NCBI GenBank assembly: GCA_016748015.1
Contig: JAAOMT010000129.1
Coordinates: 620,001-684,000 of the forward strand
Direction: 5' to 3'
Source of the DNA: Geosiphon pyriformis uo1
Taxonomy: Eukaryota; Fungi; Glomeromycota
Length of the DNA: 64,000 nucleotides
Shown here: positions 1 to 12,845 of the stretch, piece after piece
Position numbering within the stretch: the stretch's first letter is position 1
Layout of the letters: each line of letters opens with the position of its first letter
Translations under genes and position numbers: made by a program
Notes under the pieces: generated by a model
Told to the model about the DNA's origin: nothing
Database searches by the model: none
Seen by the model: only the letters and a program-made list of their open reading frames with translations

Positions 1-1200
1 CTCTCTACGGCGAGAGCAAAGAAGCAAATTATCATATCGTACGAACAATTATTTAGCATATATGCCTTTGTTTCATGTTGTCGTCGGTTGTTTCATATTG
101 TCCATAATGTTCCTCTACGCTTTCCCAAATTATTTCTTGGTCTACTACTCTTCCCGCAGTTCTCATCATCTACCCTCAAATCTCTTTACCCCGTAAGAGT
201 AATATCGGCTAATGCGTGAGAGGAATTAGGACAGGCATTTTAGAGGTAGAATTACGTGTTTCCCTATTGTACATAGAGTGTCCCTTCTAAAGTTGTTGAT
301 GAAATTCCTCTCGGAAATGTTTTTAGCAATCAGCAATGTTTTTATTATTATCCAATAGTAATTTTTCTTGATTCTTTGTTCTTTTTTCTCTGAAAAAAAA
401 AAAACGACCTAAACCTTAAAAAGTCAAAGGAAGTGTCAGATGATAATCATTTATAAACCGTGTCCCATCTCGTGATAAGGAAAAAAATTGTCTGGAAAAA
501 AAAATTAAAATTTTAGAGTACAAAGAAAAAGCTAATTTTATATTGAGGTTTTCAACCCACTAAAGGGGTCATCATGAATTTCGTCAATTCTAAACGAACT
601 CCCAAATGATATCTTCCACAGTTTTGATTGACCCAGTAGGGCTTTAAATAAGAGTCTAACAATCCTTTACCCACCTGGGCTTTTAAATTATCGACTTTTT
701 AAACAGAAAACAAAATTTAATGCTTCGCGCGTACCATATTTTTCTTAACTGCTAAATTTGAAACATTAAACGAAAGATACATTTTCACAATGACTTTTTG
801 CTCGAAACATAACAAAACAGAATATTAATTTTCTTTTTTAGAATCTCCCTAACCACTTCCTCACGCCCAGGTTTTAAACAAAGAAAAACGCGAGAAATAT
901 CCTCAAAAAAAATAATCTTACCAAACTATAAAAATGAAAGTTGGAACAAAAAAAAATACGATTCTTGTGGTTATATTATACTAGAAGGGGATAGTTGTGA
1001 CATTTTCCGTTTTCCTTTTGTGGAAACGGATTTTACTCGATAAAGGTTACAATAGCTTCGTTCCATTAATGCAAGAAGTACCCTTTGACCTGACAACTTG
1101 CATGTCCGCTGACCGTGTCAAATAATACTTGACGCGGTGATAATATCTATGTTTATTACAAGTTGTTTTTTATATTTTTCGTCTCGTTTTTCTTCGGACG

Positions 1201-1242
1201 ATAATGATGATGATGATGATGATGATGATGATAATGATGATG
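1201..1242. repeat. (ATG/GAT)n microsatellite followed by poly-A
   Basis: ataatgatgatgatg... visible directly. Confidence 0.9.
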
Positions 1243-1660
1243 TAAAAAAAAAAAAAAAAAAACTCACACAATAAGCTATTTCAAATGAATATCATCAAAA
1301 AACCTTATCAACCCAGCTCCCTTCTTCAAATCGTTTGTGAGACCGGAGAAATGGGTATTGGGAAAGCGGAGTGTGAAAGGATCGTCGCCAAAAAAATTTT
1401 GCCCAGTCATGTGCTCTTCACAAAATTTTTAAAAAATCAGCTGACCAATCAGGTTTTAATTGGTTGCCGCGTTTTCGTATTTATGTTCTGTCACGGATCA
1501 CAATTGGCTCTTAAAAATTTTTTAGAACGACAAACCTTTGGAAGCTTGTGACCTAGTACAAAACGACACCCTTTGCCAAACTCAGTCACCATCCTGTTAC
1601 GCCGCTGTCGTCGTCAGTGCTTGTCCCCCAAATATCGTCTCTTCATTAAAGGTTTTTTTA

Positions 1661-4433
1661 ATGTTGTCGAAACAGTTTCGATACTCTTTCTGGTTGACGC
1701 ACGTACGTTTCACCGTATCGTGTTGTGCCATTGATTGCACAAGAAAAACTAGTATTATTAGTCTGCACAAGAAGCAACTAGGTGACGCTTCTCGCGTCTT
1801 TCTTGACGCGAGAAGATGCTATGCCGCCGACACCAGAAAGACCAAAAAGTCCGAAAAGTTGGAAGACGAACCTACTAAAGTTACAAAAGTTAGAAAATCA
1901 CCTAAACCAAATGGCGCAATAAAGAAATCCTCAACATCAATCAAATTATCTAAGAAGAGCTCACAAGATATGATAAACTTACAGACTAATTTAACAAATG
2001 CTGAAGAGGAAGCATCTAAAAATATGCTTAATCTTGATTCAAGTCATGTGGATCCTAAAGAAATCATAACATATTCCGAATCCAACGGAAAAGATTCGGA
2101 TCAAGTTCAATCTCCGAATAATTTTAATTTGAATAATTCTTGCAACGACAATTCCAGAGATAATGAACCGAGTGTACTTGAAATTCAAGGGACTTTGATT
2201 GTGAAAGATTTTGGTACTGACTCTACTGAGCACATTTCAGGTGAAAGCATTTTCCAAGGGTCAAGAATTAAGGAGATCTTAAGTGAAGAATCGACAGAGA
2301 CTGAAAATAAGAGGATTGATGATATTTCACCTGAAATGGAAGTCATTGAAGAAATTCAATCAAATATTCCTAATGAGTCCTCCCTAAAAGAAAATGAGAT
2401 ATGTACTAATGTCACCACAATAAATGAAGAAGATTCTAATACAATGGAACTTCCAACAAAAAGTGAACCTGATACCCTCCCCAACATTTCTGCCCAGGAT
2501 TTAGTGTCCGAAAATCTCTTCCAAAAAATATCGGGATTAGAGAAAAAACTACAGGAATACGAGAAAAGGTTTTCGGTAATAGAGGAAGAATTGATTGCTC
2601 ATATGGACCTCTTCAAAGATCTCAGGGGAGGTTTTACTAAGACGATCGAGAATTTGCCGATCAAAAACTCAATCAAAAAGTTGGTGGAAAGTCGACAGTT
2701 GAATGTTGGTGAGGTAAGTAGATTCTACGTGCAGCGAGAAATTCGCAATGTACGGCAATCGCTATTCCTGAACAACTTTTCAATTATTTCCAATTAATCA
2801 GGTTTTTTCCTCGCGCGCCTTCAAAGGAACTGCGCCTGACCATGTCTCCGAGTAGCGAGTTATCAAACTTAGCAAAATTTATCAGTGAAATTGATTCAGA
2901 AAAAACTAATGCCAGGAAATTAGAGATTCTAAAAGAAAGAACAGAAGTCGTACAGCTTTTACGCCAATTAAATACCTCCAAATTTCATTTGACATCAGAC
3001 ACATTGAAAGCTTTTATTGCTCAATCTCCTTCAGATAAACTTGCAATAAATCTCAGTAAAGCCAAAAGTTACACTTCTTTATCTGAGCTTTTGAATGATT
3101 TAGCAAAACGTAATATCACTGGGCACAAGGCTCGCTATGCTTTTCAATTATTTCTACAAAATCATCTTCCTGAACCCTGGCAAAAGGACCTGATGTATAA
3201 AATCCTCGATAGGAAGCTTAATATTAAAATTTTGGCCAAGTCACTCAACAATGCATTCGATCAAGTGATTCCTACCTTCAAAGTTTCTTTGGCACATGAA
3301 CTATCGGAATGCAAATTTGGGACTCTCTTTGATAAACCACGAAAGAGTAATCACGAATGGCTAATCTCCCAAAAGTTTGACGGCGTAAGATGCCTCGCTC
3401 TAATAGGTCCTTCACTGCAAACCATACAGATAGTCTCTAGAACTGGCCGAGTGTTTGACTCCTTGGATCTGCTCAAGGATATTATCCGAGAGTATTTCGG
3501 GGGACAATCATTTTTGCATGATCCGGAATGGCAAGATGGCTTGGTATTGGATGGAGAGCTTTGTGTTATGAAGGAAGATGAGAACAACCTGGAACGAGAA
3601 AACTTTCGAGCAGCCATTGCCGTGAGCAAGCGCTCTTCTCAAATGCAAGATTTCAAATATAACGTTTTTGATTGTTTAACTAAACAAGAATTTAAGGATG
3701 GGTCTGGAAATAGGAACCTTCGAGAACGAATAACATTCTTGAATGAGCGACTAACAAATACCCCTGTAGATGAATCAAGGAAGAGGATGATAAGCGTGGT
3801 GAAACAATCGCCTGTACAAACTGAACAAGAGCTTCAAGAGTGGTGGAATAAAGCTAAAAGTGAAGGATGGGAGGGTTTAATCTTGAGAAAAAATATTGGA
3901 TATGATGGCAAACGAAGGTGAATTCTTGGTATGAATTTGTTGAGTTTTGCTTGAGCTCGTCTTTCCTTGGTGGTCACCATTTGCACGCCTGCTGCAGCTC
4001 CAATTTCCTGAAAATCAAACAAAGGAAGGAAAAAGAATTCACGATAATTGATATGGAAACCGGAATTATGAAAATAAACGACAAGGAAGAAACTGTACTT
4101 GCCAATGTTTATGTTGATTTTGATGGTATGTCTTCATAATTTATCGGATGTTAGACTTTAACAATTTTCATAAATCTCAATATTCTCAGGATTGTCGATT
4201 TATTAAATTATTTGATTGCCTTACACCACTCAGGCAATAGAGTAAGTGTTGGCAGCGGGTTCGATTGGGAAGAACGAGTAAAATATAAGGAACGAGGCTC
4301 AATAATAGGCAAGAAGATTACCGTAGAGTACACCAATGTTTCTTTTACAAGTGGGGAGGAAGGTAATGATGATATAAAATCTTTACGCCATCCAAGGATG
4401 AAAAAAATTTGGGAGGGTGAGCGAGACCTATAA
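1661..4433 (+). CDS. ATP-dependent DNA ligase, T4-phage gp30-like, with putative mitochondrial presequence and long acidic disordered linker (4 exons: 1661-2713, ~2827-3917, 3998-4125, 4234-4433)
   Basis: Ligase motifs: I SQKFDGVR (K at 3373), III LDGEL, IIIa YNVFD, IV EGLILRK, V GKRSSNFLKIK (made by the 3918-3997 splice), OB-fold VSVGSGF and VI SLRHPR. Introns 3918-3997 and 4126-4233 are GT..AG and keep frame. The first intron has donor GTAAGT at 2714, but its acceptor is uncertain (CAG at 2801 is out of frame; AAG at 2826 is in frame). The N-terminus MLSKQFRYSFW...ARRCYA is basic and has an R-3-like cleavage motif. Confidence 0.9.
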
Positions 4434-4773
4434 ACCTTCTATGAATATGTATCATATGAATCATAGAAGAGCACTTGTTGGTAACTTTAATTGAGCTAAT
4501 TAATCGTGATTCAAGATTTTTTATTGTCAGGATTCCTCAGAGAAAATTAACACTTTTTCAAAGTGCGAGGACGCAGATCTACCTGATTGAGGCAAAATTA
4601 ATTTGTGATTGACGAATGAATTGCTTGCTACCTTGCGATAAATTTTCTTTAGAAGTCCAATTATCACCACTACTCGTGTGATTTCATGAGTATTCTTCGA
4701 AAATTTTTAAATGATTAATGTTTTGGCCATTTCGTAACCATTTCATTGAAAATAAAATCTTACACCTAAAGCT

Positions 4774-5969
4774 CTACTTTCTTGATTCTGTTAATTTCTT
4801 GAGAATTTTATCAGCCCCTCTAGTTTTTAAAATATTGGCCACTTGTTTGCCTAGTTTAATAGTAGCTTCAACGCCCCCATCATCAACCTCTTCTGTTCCA
4901 TCTGCTTCAATAACTTCGGATCCATCCAAACTTGCTACCAATGCACTTAATCTCAAGTATCGTTTGTAGCTTTGTTCATTTCCTTTGTCAGCATTACCAA
5001 TTTGTATAAACTCAGTGTAGACACCAATTGGAACGCTACAACCACCTTCTAATGTTCTTAGTAATGAGCGTTCTGCGGTACACCTTAATCGAGTGTCTCG
5101 ATCCTCCAATACGGATAGTATCTCCAATACTTCAGAATCTTCGGAACGGCATTCTACCGCCAAAGCACCCTGCCCAACCGCATGAAGAATTGTAGATTTT
5201 TCCAGAGTTTGAGAGATGCGATCACTCCATCCTAACCGAACTAAACCTGCAACGGCCAGGATCAATGCGGAATATGGTCCATCTGGGGCATCTAATTTTG
5301 AAAGGCGGGTGTTTCTAACCGATAACAGTTGACCTTGGGATATTAGGAAAGGGCAATTAAAGAGCGATAATAAGACCGAGTGATATTGTACTTACAAATT
5401 TCCTCGCTACGTTATCACAAATTGTATACAAAACAGAAAGTAGATTGTTAACGAAAAAAATGATAAAATTTTCATAAGTATAAAACCCAGACTCAATATA
5501 TAATTACCACATCATGAAACACTAAATGAGGAAATGCTCTTCTTAATTGAGCCGCTCTTCTAACGCTACTCGTCCCGACTATACTTCCTTCCGGCAGCTC
5601 CTCTAGTTTTCGCGCATCTAAACCTTTCTTAATCACGGCCGCATCCTTTGGATCCTCCCGTTTTAATATAGCACCTACCGCCATCCCCTCTGGCAAAGTT
5701 GTCGGCAAATCTTTTAAACTATGAACCACCAGATCGACCGATTTATTTTGCAACGCGATCTCTAACTCTTTGGTGAATAACGATTTTTCGCCGATTTGAA
5801 AAAGGGGTTTGGAAAGAATCTGATCCCCGGTGGTCGACATCGATATAATTTGAAAAGATAGGGTTGGATACGCGGCAATGAGAGCATTGTAAACTTCTTG
5901 AGTTTGCACGAGGGCTAGTTGTGATTTTCGAGTGCCTATTATGAAGGTCTTTTGCGTGGAAGACGACAT
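4774..5969 (-). CDS. HEM3: Porphobilinogen deaminase (hydroxymethylbilane synthase); exons 5969-5508, 5406-5396, 5314-4774
   Basis: [41 protein letters not shown] (rebuilt across the microexon), [20 protein letters not shown]; canonical GT..AG introns keep frame. Confidence 0.97.
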
Positions 5970-6454
5970 GAAAGTGGGAATCCCCAGGGATCAATTTGGT
6001 TTATGCAGGGTCCACCAACAATAGGATGATCTGATAAATATTAGGGTGATTGAAATTTTACTTTAAGCATGTGATATCTTGAATCTCGACATATAAATTA
6101 ATGTTTCTTTGCATGATTACATCATAATTTGCTGTTAAGAAAGGAAATTTTCAATCAAATAATTGCCTATCAAATATCCTAATATAGGCACAATGTAACA
6201 TGCTTTTGCGGCCATATTTTTGAAATCACAAGTATAAAAATATTAACAATGATGTAATAGATTCGGGATTGGATATTACCGAATGATGATTTTAAAAGTA
6301 ATCGTTAAAGCAGCGTGTAAATCAGTTTTTTCTAAATCAAAAATATACATATATTTAAATTTGAATGAGTCTAGGTTTCTACCATCTAGGTGTGAGTTGA
6401 TGATGCATTTAGATTTAATATACATTTGACCCTCTGAAGAATCCAGATTCCACT

Positions 6455-8632
6455 TTAAAAGAACCATCGAGTTTTCTTCTCGTTGCCCCATCGAACAATT
6501 TGATCATTTTTTCGACTCCAAATCAATTCTCTTGTGCGCTGCTCTTTGTCCACCTCTTCCACTCGTTCGATCACATTCTGTAACAAATCATCAAAACCTT
6601 CTTCATTTACTATCCGTACGAAAAGGTTCCACAAGATTTTTGAATCTGCTCTCACGTTATCCTGAAGATCTACCACAATAATACCATCGTGATCTAATCG
6701 ACGTAAAAAACGCGAATTGCCGGTAATTACACGACATTTGTTCAGCTTAAGTGTTTTGTTAGGTGATTTTACTATAGCACGAATCAATTTCCAAGCTGCT
6801 GCCGCGTATTTTTGCTCATCAAATTCGGATTCCTCAAAGTCTGGGATCAGGCCTATTGTGTTAGTTATCCATGTTTCTTCCTCTTCCTCCATTTGTTGTG
6901 CTGCATCTAGTAAGCGGTAAGAATGTAGCGAAATGGTTTTCGGATAGAAAAAATAGTAAAAATTTAGGAAATATCATAAGATTGAACCTTATAAGCATTA
7001 CCATTCACTCACTCACTCACTCACTCACTCACTCACCTTCAAGATTGTCACTTCTTGCTAACCGATTTAAACATGCCAGGCGTCCTCCAACACGATGTTT
7101 GACATAATTTTCCAGAATTTGATCCGGGTCTTGAATGTCTCTATGTCGACGCCTATCTTTCAAAAACTTTATAGCTTGGGTATTAGGCAAATCCGTCACC
7201 CTAATCACATCCATTCGTGCAGCATTTCTTTCTGATTATTAAAATAAAGAAATTACAAAGACTGGGAAGAAAATGCAAATGTTCATCGTGAAATACTCAC
7301 TCATACGCTCATAGACAGAATAATCATCAGTATTGAAAACCATGGTTACAATTTTGGTAGCCGCCCAAGCTTCTGCCCTTTGTTGGATCAGTTCCAATAA
7401 ATCTGTCCCATCCTCGTCATCTTTGAATGAGTGGATATTATTGATTACTAATATTAAAGGAACGCCTTTTTTCAAGAAATACTTATGAGCTACGATTTCA
7501 ACCATGTTTAGGGCTTTCTCGACATCCAGCAATGCAGAACCTATCACGCAAAAGAAAAATATTAAAGTTATTTGAATAGGTGAATGGAGTTACAACAAAA
7601 TTTGGAGGACTTACCCCTTTCTGGGGCCTCTCTCGCAAATAGACCACCAACATAATCCTCCCTATAAGTATAATTTAAGGCTTTTCCAAGCCTAGTCTTG
7701 AAAACTTCACTGTCCGAATGTGCTTCACAAAATACTACACCGTTGTGTTTAACTTTGTCCATTGCGCTCAAGACCAGTTGCGTTTTCCCGGTCCCCTTCT
7801 CGCCAACAAGTAAATAGTATTTTGATCTTGTTTGACCAGCAATTACTTGGTTTATTTTTTCTCGGTTTTTGTCCGGAAAGTAATCATCATTCAAGCTTGA
7901 TTTCAAGAGTGGTGAAGGTTTGGTAAAAGCAAGCCACACTTTATGAACCTCATTCCATTCATACCTATGAAATGTACGATTTTAAAGAATGAGTATTAAG
8001 GTCTTGCAGAAAGTATTGAGCATTGGATTTTTTGGGAAGCCAACCATGTCTGATATAATACACCACCAAGTCCTACTGCCGCCAATCCCATTACTGTAGT
8101 CAAGACGGCATCCATTACACGTGGGGACAACCATTGAGTGCGGCCAGATTTTTTTTGTTGCTGTTGACCCTTTTTCTGATCCTTTTGATCATTATCTTCG
8201 TCTAGAGCAGTTTCAGCTGATTTTTCGACGAGCGGTTGAAACGGATCTGATAAAATTTGAATGAAATAATTTATCATCGGATATCGTTTAAGCATTTTTT
8301 CTAGTCACTTAAAATAAAAATTTGTCAATATGTTGAGAAATGACCATGGAATTACCGGGAAAGGGGTCCCATACTCCAGCGGCGTTTGTATCCTGGTTCA
8401 AGTTTCTTTGTTGCTGTAGCTGAAAATATTTTACGCTGCCAGAGCCAGAAGAAATCTCGTTTGATCCGAAAAAAAAAGTCAGAGGTCTTTTGAAGGAGCC
8501 TGGACTAGTCCGTTTTAAGAAACGATTGTTTAAAACGGTGACGAAACCACCTTCTTTAATAGAAGTTTCTGAACGAAGTCGTAAAGTTGGTGGTGGTGAC
8601 AAAACCAAGAACTGACGAGGAAAACGATGCAT
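6455..8632 (-). CDS. Multi-exon P-loop (AAA-like) ATPase with N-terminal presequence-like segment and one TM helix
   Basis: Exonic ORFs 8632-8309, 8295-7996 (hydrophobic AVLTTVMGLAAVGLGGVLY), 7939-7568 (Walker A LLVGEKGTGKT), 7547-7239 (Walker-B-like LILVINNIH), 7214-7029 (VGGRL), 6892-6455; GT/AG sites lie between them. Exact junctions were not all resolved. Confidence 0.78.
7006..7035. repeat. (CACT)n microsatellite in an intron of the ATPase gene
   Basis: cactcactcact... visible directly. Confidence 0.9.
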
Positions 8633-9074
8633 TGCTCAAACGATGAATGCATTGATGAAAAAGATTATCGTATCTCTGTCTCATAATTTAGTTTCACCAT
8701 TCAAAAAAGGTAAACTCTGTTGTTATGCAAATTAAATAGTTTCCATCAAAAGAAATATGCACTTTACTGTTTAGGAGATTTTCAGGATACATGATATATA
8801 GGTCGCCTGAATGAATGGGATGAAATGAATGAATGGGATGAAATGAATGAATGAAATGAAATGAATGAATGGGAATCTTTTGATTTCTATTTCCTGAATA
8901 ACATTTTAGTTTTGATCGAAACAATATCACGGAATTATAATCAGATCAATAAATTAAATTTGTCTATGCATCAAGAATGGAAAAAAAAAGTTTAATTTAT
9001 TAATCAATGGCTACGCATGACGTTAATACATGACAGCATTTAAAGTTTAACACACATAGAAATGAACAGAGATG

Positions 9075-9189
<115 letters not shown>

Positions 9190-9286
9190 TAATCTCAAAC
9201 ATAAAAGAATTAAACTTTTCAAAAACTTGTCCTCCTACACTATCATCATTACCATTTTCCTTCAATAAGTAGACCTGGCTCACATA

Positions 9287-11323
9287 ATGACAAAACCTCG
9301 GGCAACGATTACATCTAACAAAATCAATAGTTCAACTGCTCGCGAACTGCGGAATAGAACCGCAGCAATAGCGCTTAGACATGAGCTTTCGGATAGTGAT
9401 GACTTTGATGGTAAAATGCTTAAAGATTTTCCATGTGACTTTGAAATTTTTATCATATTCCATGTTATTTCTCAATTATTCCTGAAAGAAGGTCCAAGTA
9501 AAATTGGAGCCATGGCAAAAGCAAGAGTTCGCAAGAATATTACTGTTCCTGAAGATGAGGCAACCGCTTCAAGCCGTATCAATAATTCTAAAATTTCCAA
9601 CGCAAAACTAGGCGTTACGGCAAAAACAATCAAAGCAAGAGCTAAAGATAAAGCGAAACCTAAAAAGTCAATCGGCCTTACTGCGAAGCGTCGAAAGATA
9701 GCCGATCAAGATGATGATCTTTCAATTAGCGAGGATGATTTTACAGGAGAATTTCATAATCAAGCTTTAATAGCTAGTGATGAAGACGACAATAATGAAG
9801 ATTTCAATCATGAGCCCACAGATGAGCCCGGAAGTACAGGGTGAGCATTCATTCTTTAGTTATCCTTGGGAACTTGGCGTTAATAGTGTAATGCTAAATT
9901 TGAAAAAACTGGATTCCAAGAAGCCAAGATATTACTGATTTAATTGGGCTGTTTCATTGTGAGTTTTCGTTTTGACCCAAAAGCAGAAAGGTCTGATTTT
10001 TATTTCACTACTTTAGTCGATGGCGATTACTAAAATCCATTTTTGTACCTTATGGCTATCACGATTTACCCATTACTACTTCTACTTCTCCGCTTGCTCT
10101 TCCTTCTTCACCTATTTCAAAATTAAACGAATCATCGATCATGAAACCAAAATCAATTGAAATGAACACGAATTCCCAAAATGAAAATTTAACCAACCCT
10201 ATCGTAATCCATGATGACCCTTATGAAATTATTGTCATATCTTCCTCTTCTGATGACGAAACAATTTCTTCCGAAAAAACTATATCTTCAAACAAAACCA
10301 TTTCCTCATGTGAAACCTTGTCCGCGTTTTCCTCCTCTTCAGCTAAACAACGAAAGAAATCCACTTTGCGCTTCCACAAATTTGGACATGAACAAGAGGC
10401 TAGGCTTAATGAAGCCATTGAAAAAATTAATGGTGAAGGTGGTCTTTTGAACACTTGGTTAGCCGAAAAGTAATTATTATTTTATTATTGTAGTTGTTTG
10501 TTGTAGTTGTTATTTTCTTTGGAATGGTTATGATACGAAAATTACATTCTTAATTTTCAGAAAAGAGTTAAGTTTGAATGCAAAAAAGGAAATGGATGAA
10601 CATTTAGAAAGACAAGATGATAACATTAAAAAATTAAAAGCTGGGTTCGAAAAGTATCAGGTTTGCTCTCAATGATAATTCATTTTATTGCTTTGTCCTT
10701 TTCAGGCCAATTCATAAATTCACTAAATTATTAAATAATCAAGTCAACTACAACGAAGACAATTGACCATCTCACTAAACTTCATACGCAATCATTACGG
10801 CTTCAACGAGAACTTGATAAAGAGTTAAATCATCTTTGTGGGTATTTTATTTCATGTTTAGATAACATGTTTTTAAGTAAAAATTCTATTAATATTTTCT
10901 TTGAATTTCGCATGAAAAAGATGAAACAGATGAGTCCGAATTGAATGAATCTCTAAGTGGTTTCATAAAAGAACAGAAACAGACTCTCAAGAGTCTCTTG
11001 ACTGTAAATAAGGTAAAAGATTTTAGGGAAAAATTTATGGGAATTTTTTTATTATTTAAATGGATTATTAATGTCATTTTTATGATTTCCTTTTGGAAGG
11101 AGAATCATGACATCATGGTGCTTAAAAGAAGACTTTCAGGTTTATGAAAGTTTATTATGATAAAGAGTTTCCCAATAAAATTCTCCAGGCGCTCGTTTAC
11201 CCGGTTTTCTGATTAATGAAAAGTGGTTTTTTATTCGTGAATGCAGAAAAGCAGGGATTTGAACTTGAAAATATTCCTAAATACAATTATTTAGGCAAAG
11301 CCTTAAAGTTCAAAGAGGTATAA
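9287..11323 (+). CDS. Uncharacterised multi-exon protein: basic/acidic disordered N-terminus, SIM-like motifs, C-terminal coiled coil
   Basis: ORFs 9287-9844 and 10141-10473 can be followed by small in-frame exons (~10561-10660, 10744-10840, 10921-11012, 11100-11139, 11247-11323) bounded by GT/AG, giving a helical K/E/L-rich tail that ends ...KALKFKEV*. The middle junctions (9840-10140) are unresolved. Confidence 0.6.
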
Positions 11324-11738
11324 TAATAATAACAATAATAATAATAATAATAATATAATCACCACTAATAAATTAATTTTCCAATTCAAATAAACGCTTT
11401 TTCTATGTAAATGCAAGATATTCATTTTAAATGTTTTCAACTTACAAATCGTTTTCAATATCACATTAAATTACATCACAAATTAATCGCATTTCAAAGG
11501 AATTAAGCCGACATACTATTTCTAATCGCATGGAGGGATTGAAAAATTAAAACGATCATTTATGGTATAAAAAAAAATACATGCATGAGATATTTCAAAG
11601 TATTTTTTATTTGATAAAAAATCAGCATCGCAAAACGTGGAAATTGATTCAAGAAATCTGATTTGATTAAAAAAAAATTTTTTCCTTGAAAATTTATTTT
11701 GCTTCTCTACTTTTAAAATGAGTCTTTCTAACGGTTAG

Positions 11739-11889
11739 ATGAGTGAGTGAGTGAGTGAGTGAGTGAGTGAGTGAGTGGGTGAGTGGGTGGGTGGAAAAAA
11801 AAAGAGTGAGTGAGTGAGTGAGTGAGTGAGTGAGTGAGTGAGTAAGTGAATGAGTGAGTGAGTGAGTGGGTGGGTGGGTGGAAAAAAAA
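11739..11889. repeat. Compound (GAGT)n/(GGGT)n microsatellite, duplicated as two blocks each ending GGTGGAAAAAAAA
   Basis: Two similar blocks at about 11739-11803 and 11804-11889. Confidence 0.9.
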
Positions 11890-12597
11890 TAATGAAGAGT
11901 CCTCTTAGAAACGATAATAGTAATAATACTACATGCATGTAATAATAATAAGAAATGAAACCATATTTTGTTTTATAGAATTAATCTTAAAATTTTTTCA
12001 CTTTTTTTTTTTTTTCCTTATAATATCTCAAATATTTCCTTCCATTCTGAATATATGAATCATTTTGGACCTTTTTTAAAATTCTTTAATTTTGATCATT
12101 TCTAAGTTTTCGAATGTTTTGAAAAAAATAAAATAATAGTAATAATAATAATAATAATTGTGAACTGAAAATAAGATTCCAGTAGCATTTAGGAAATGTA
12201 TGTCAAATAGGGCAGGTGGGTGGTCAATTAAAAAATCACGTTTTTTTATATTTATTTTTTTAATATTCATATTCAAATTCATTTTTTGATTTTGATTTCC
12301 CATCCCATCCCATCCCATCAGTAATTGAAATGCATCCATGCACGTAGGATTCAAACTTTGAAAATAAGATTAATATCATCATTATGGCTAAAAAATTCGA
12401 TATATTCTGTGTGATATTGGAAATAATTATGAAAATTTTTTAGGTGATTCAATGATTCCGCGATAAATATGATTAAAAAAACTCGTGGGTCGAACGGGTG
12501 GGACTTTTTTATACTAGAATTCGTTATATTCAAGCCTAATATAAAAAATGTATTCATAAAAATATAATTAACCTAAATTTTATTTTCAGCGATTATT

Positions 12598-12777
12598 TCC
12601 TCCTCCTCCTCCTCCTCCTCCTCCTCCTCCACATCTTTCCCAAAAAGTCAAAAAATTCAAATGTTTGAACAAATATTGCTATAATAAAAGATACCAAGGA
12701 TCTTTTCCGCTATAGTATAAACATTAGAAATAATAGAATTTTGAGTTTTTTTTTCGTTGAAAAATACCAACCAAAAA

Positions 12778-12827
<50 letters not shown>

Positions 12828-12845
12828 CATTATTATTATTATTTT
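12598..12845. repeat. (CCT)n (~12598-12630) and (ATT)n (~12778-12845) microsatellites
   Basis: Visible directly. Confidence 0.9.

Noticed and set aside
1-300. Possible gene fragment at the window start
   Set aside because: Composition looks genic, but I found no sustained ORF or recognisable motif on either strand.
1285-1660. ORF 1285-1551 and the TTG-initiated extension of ORF 1538-2797
   Set aside because: This region looks like promoter/UTR; the first ATG in the ligase frame is at 1661.
2842-4433. Ligase as bacterial or phage contamination
   Set aside because: It is interrupted by frame-preserving GT-AG introns and lies next to fungal HEM3.
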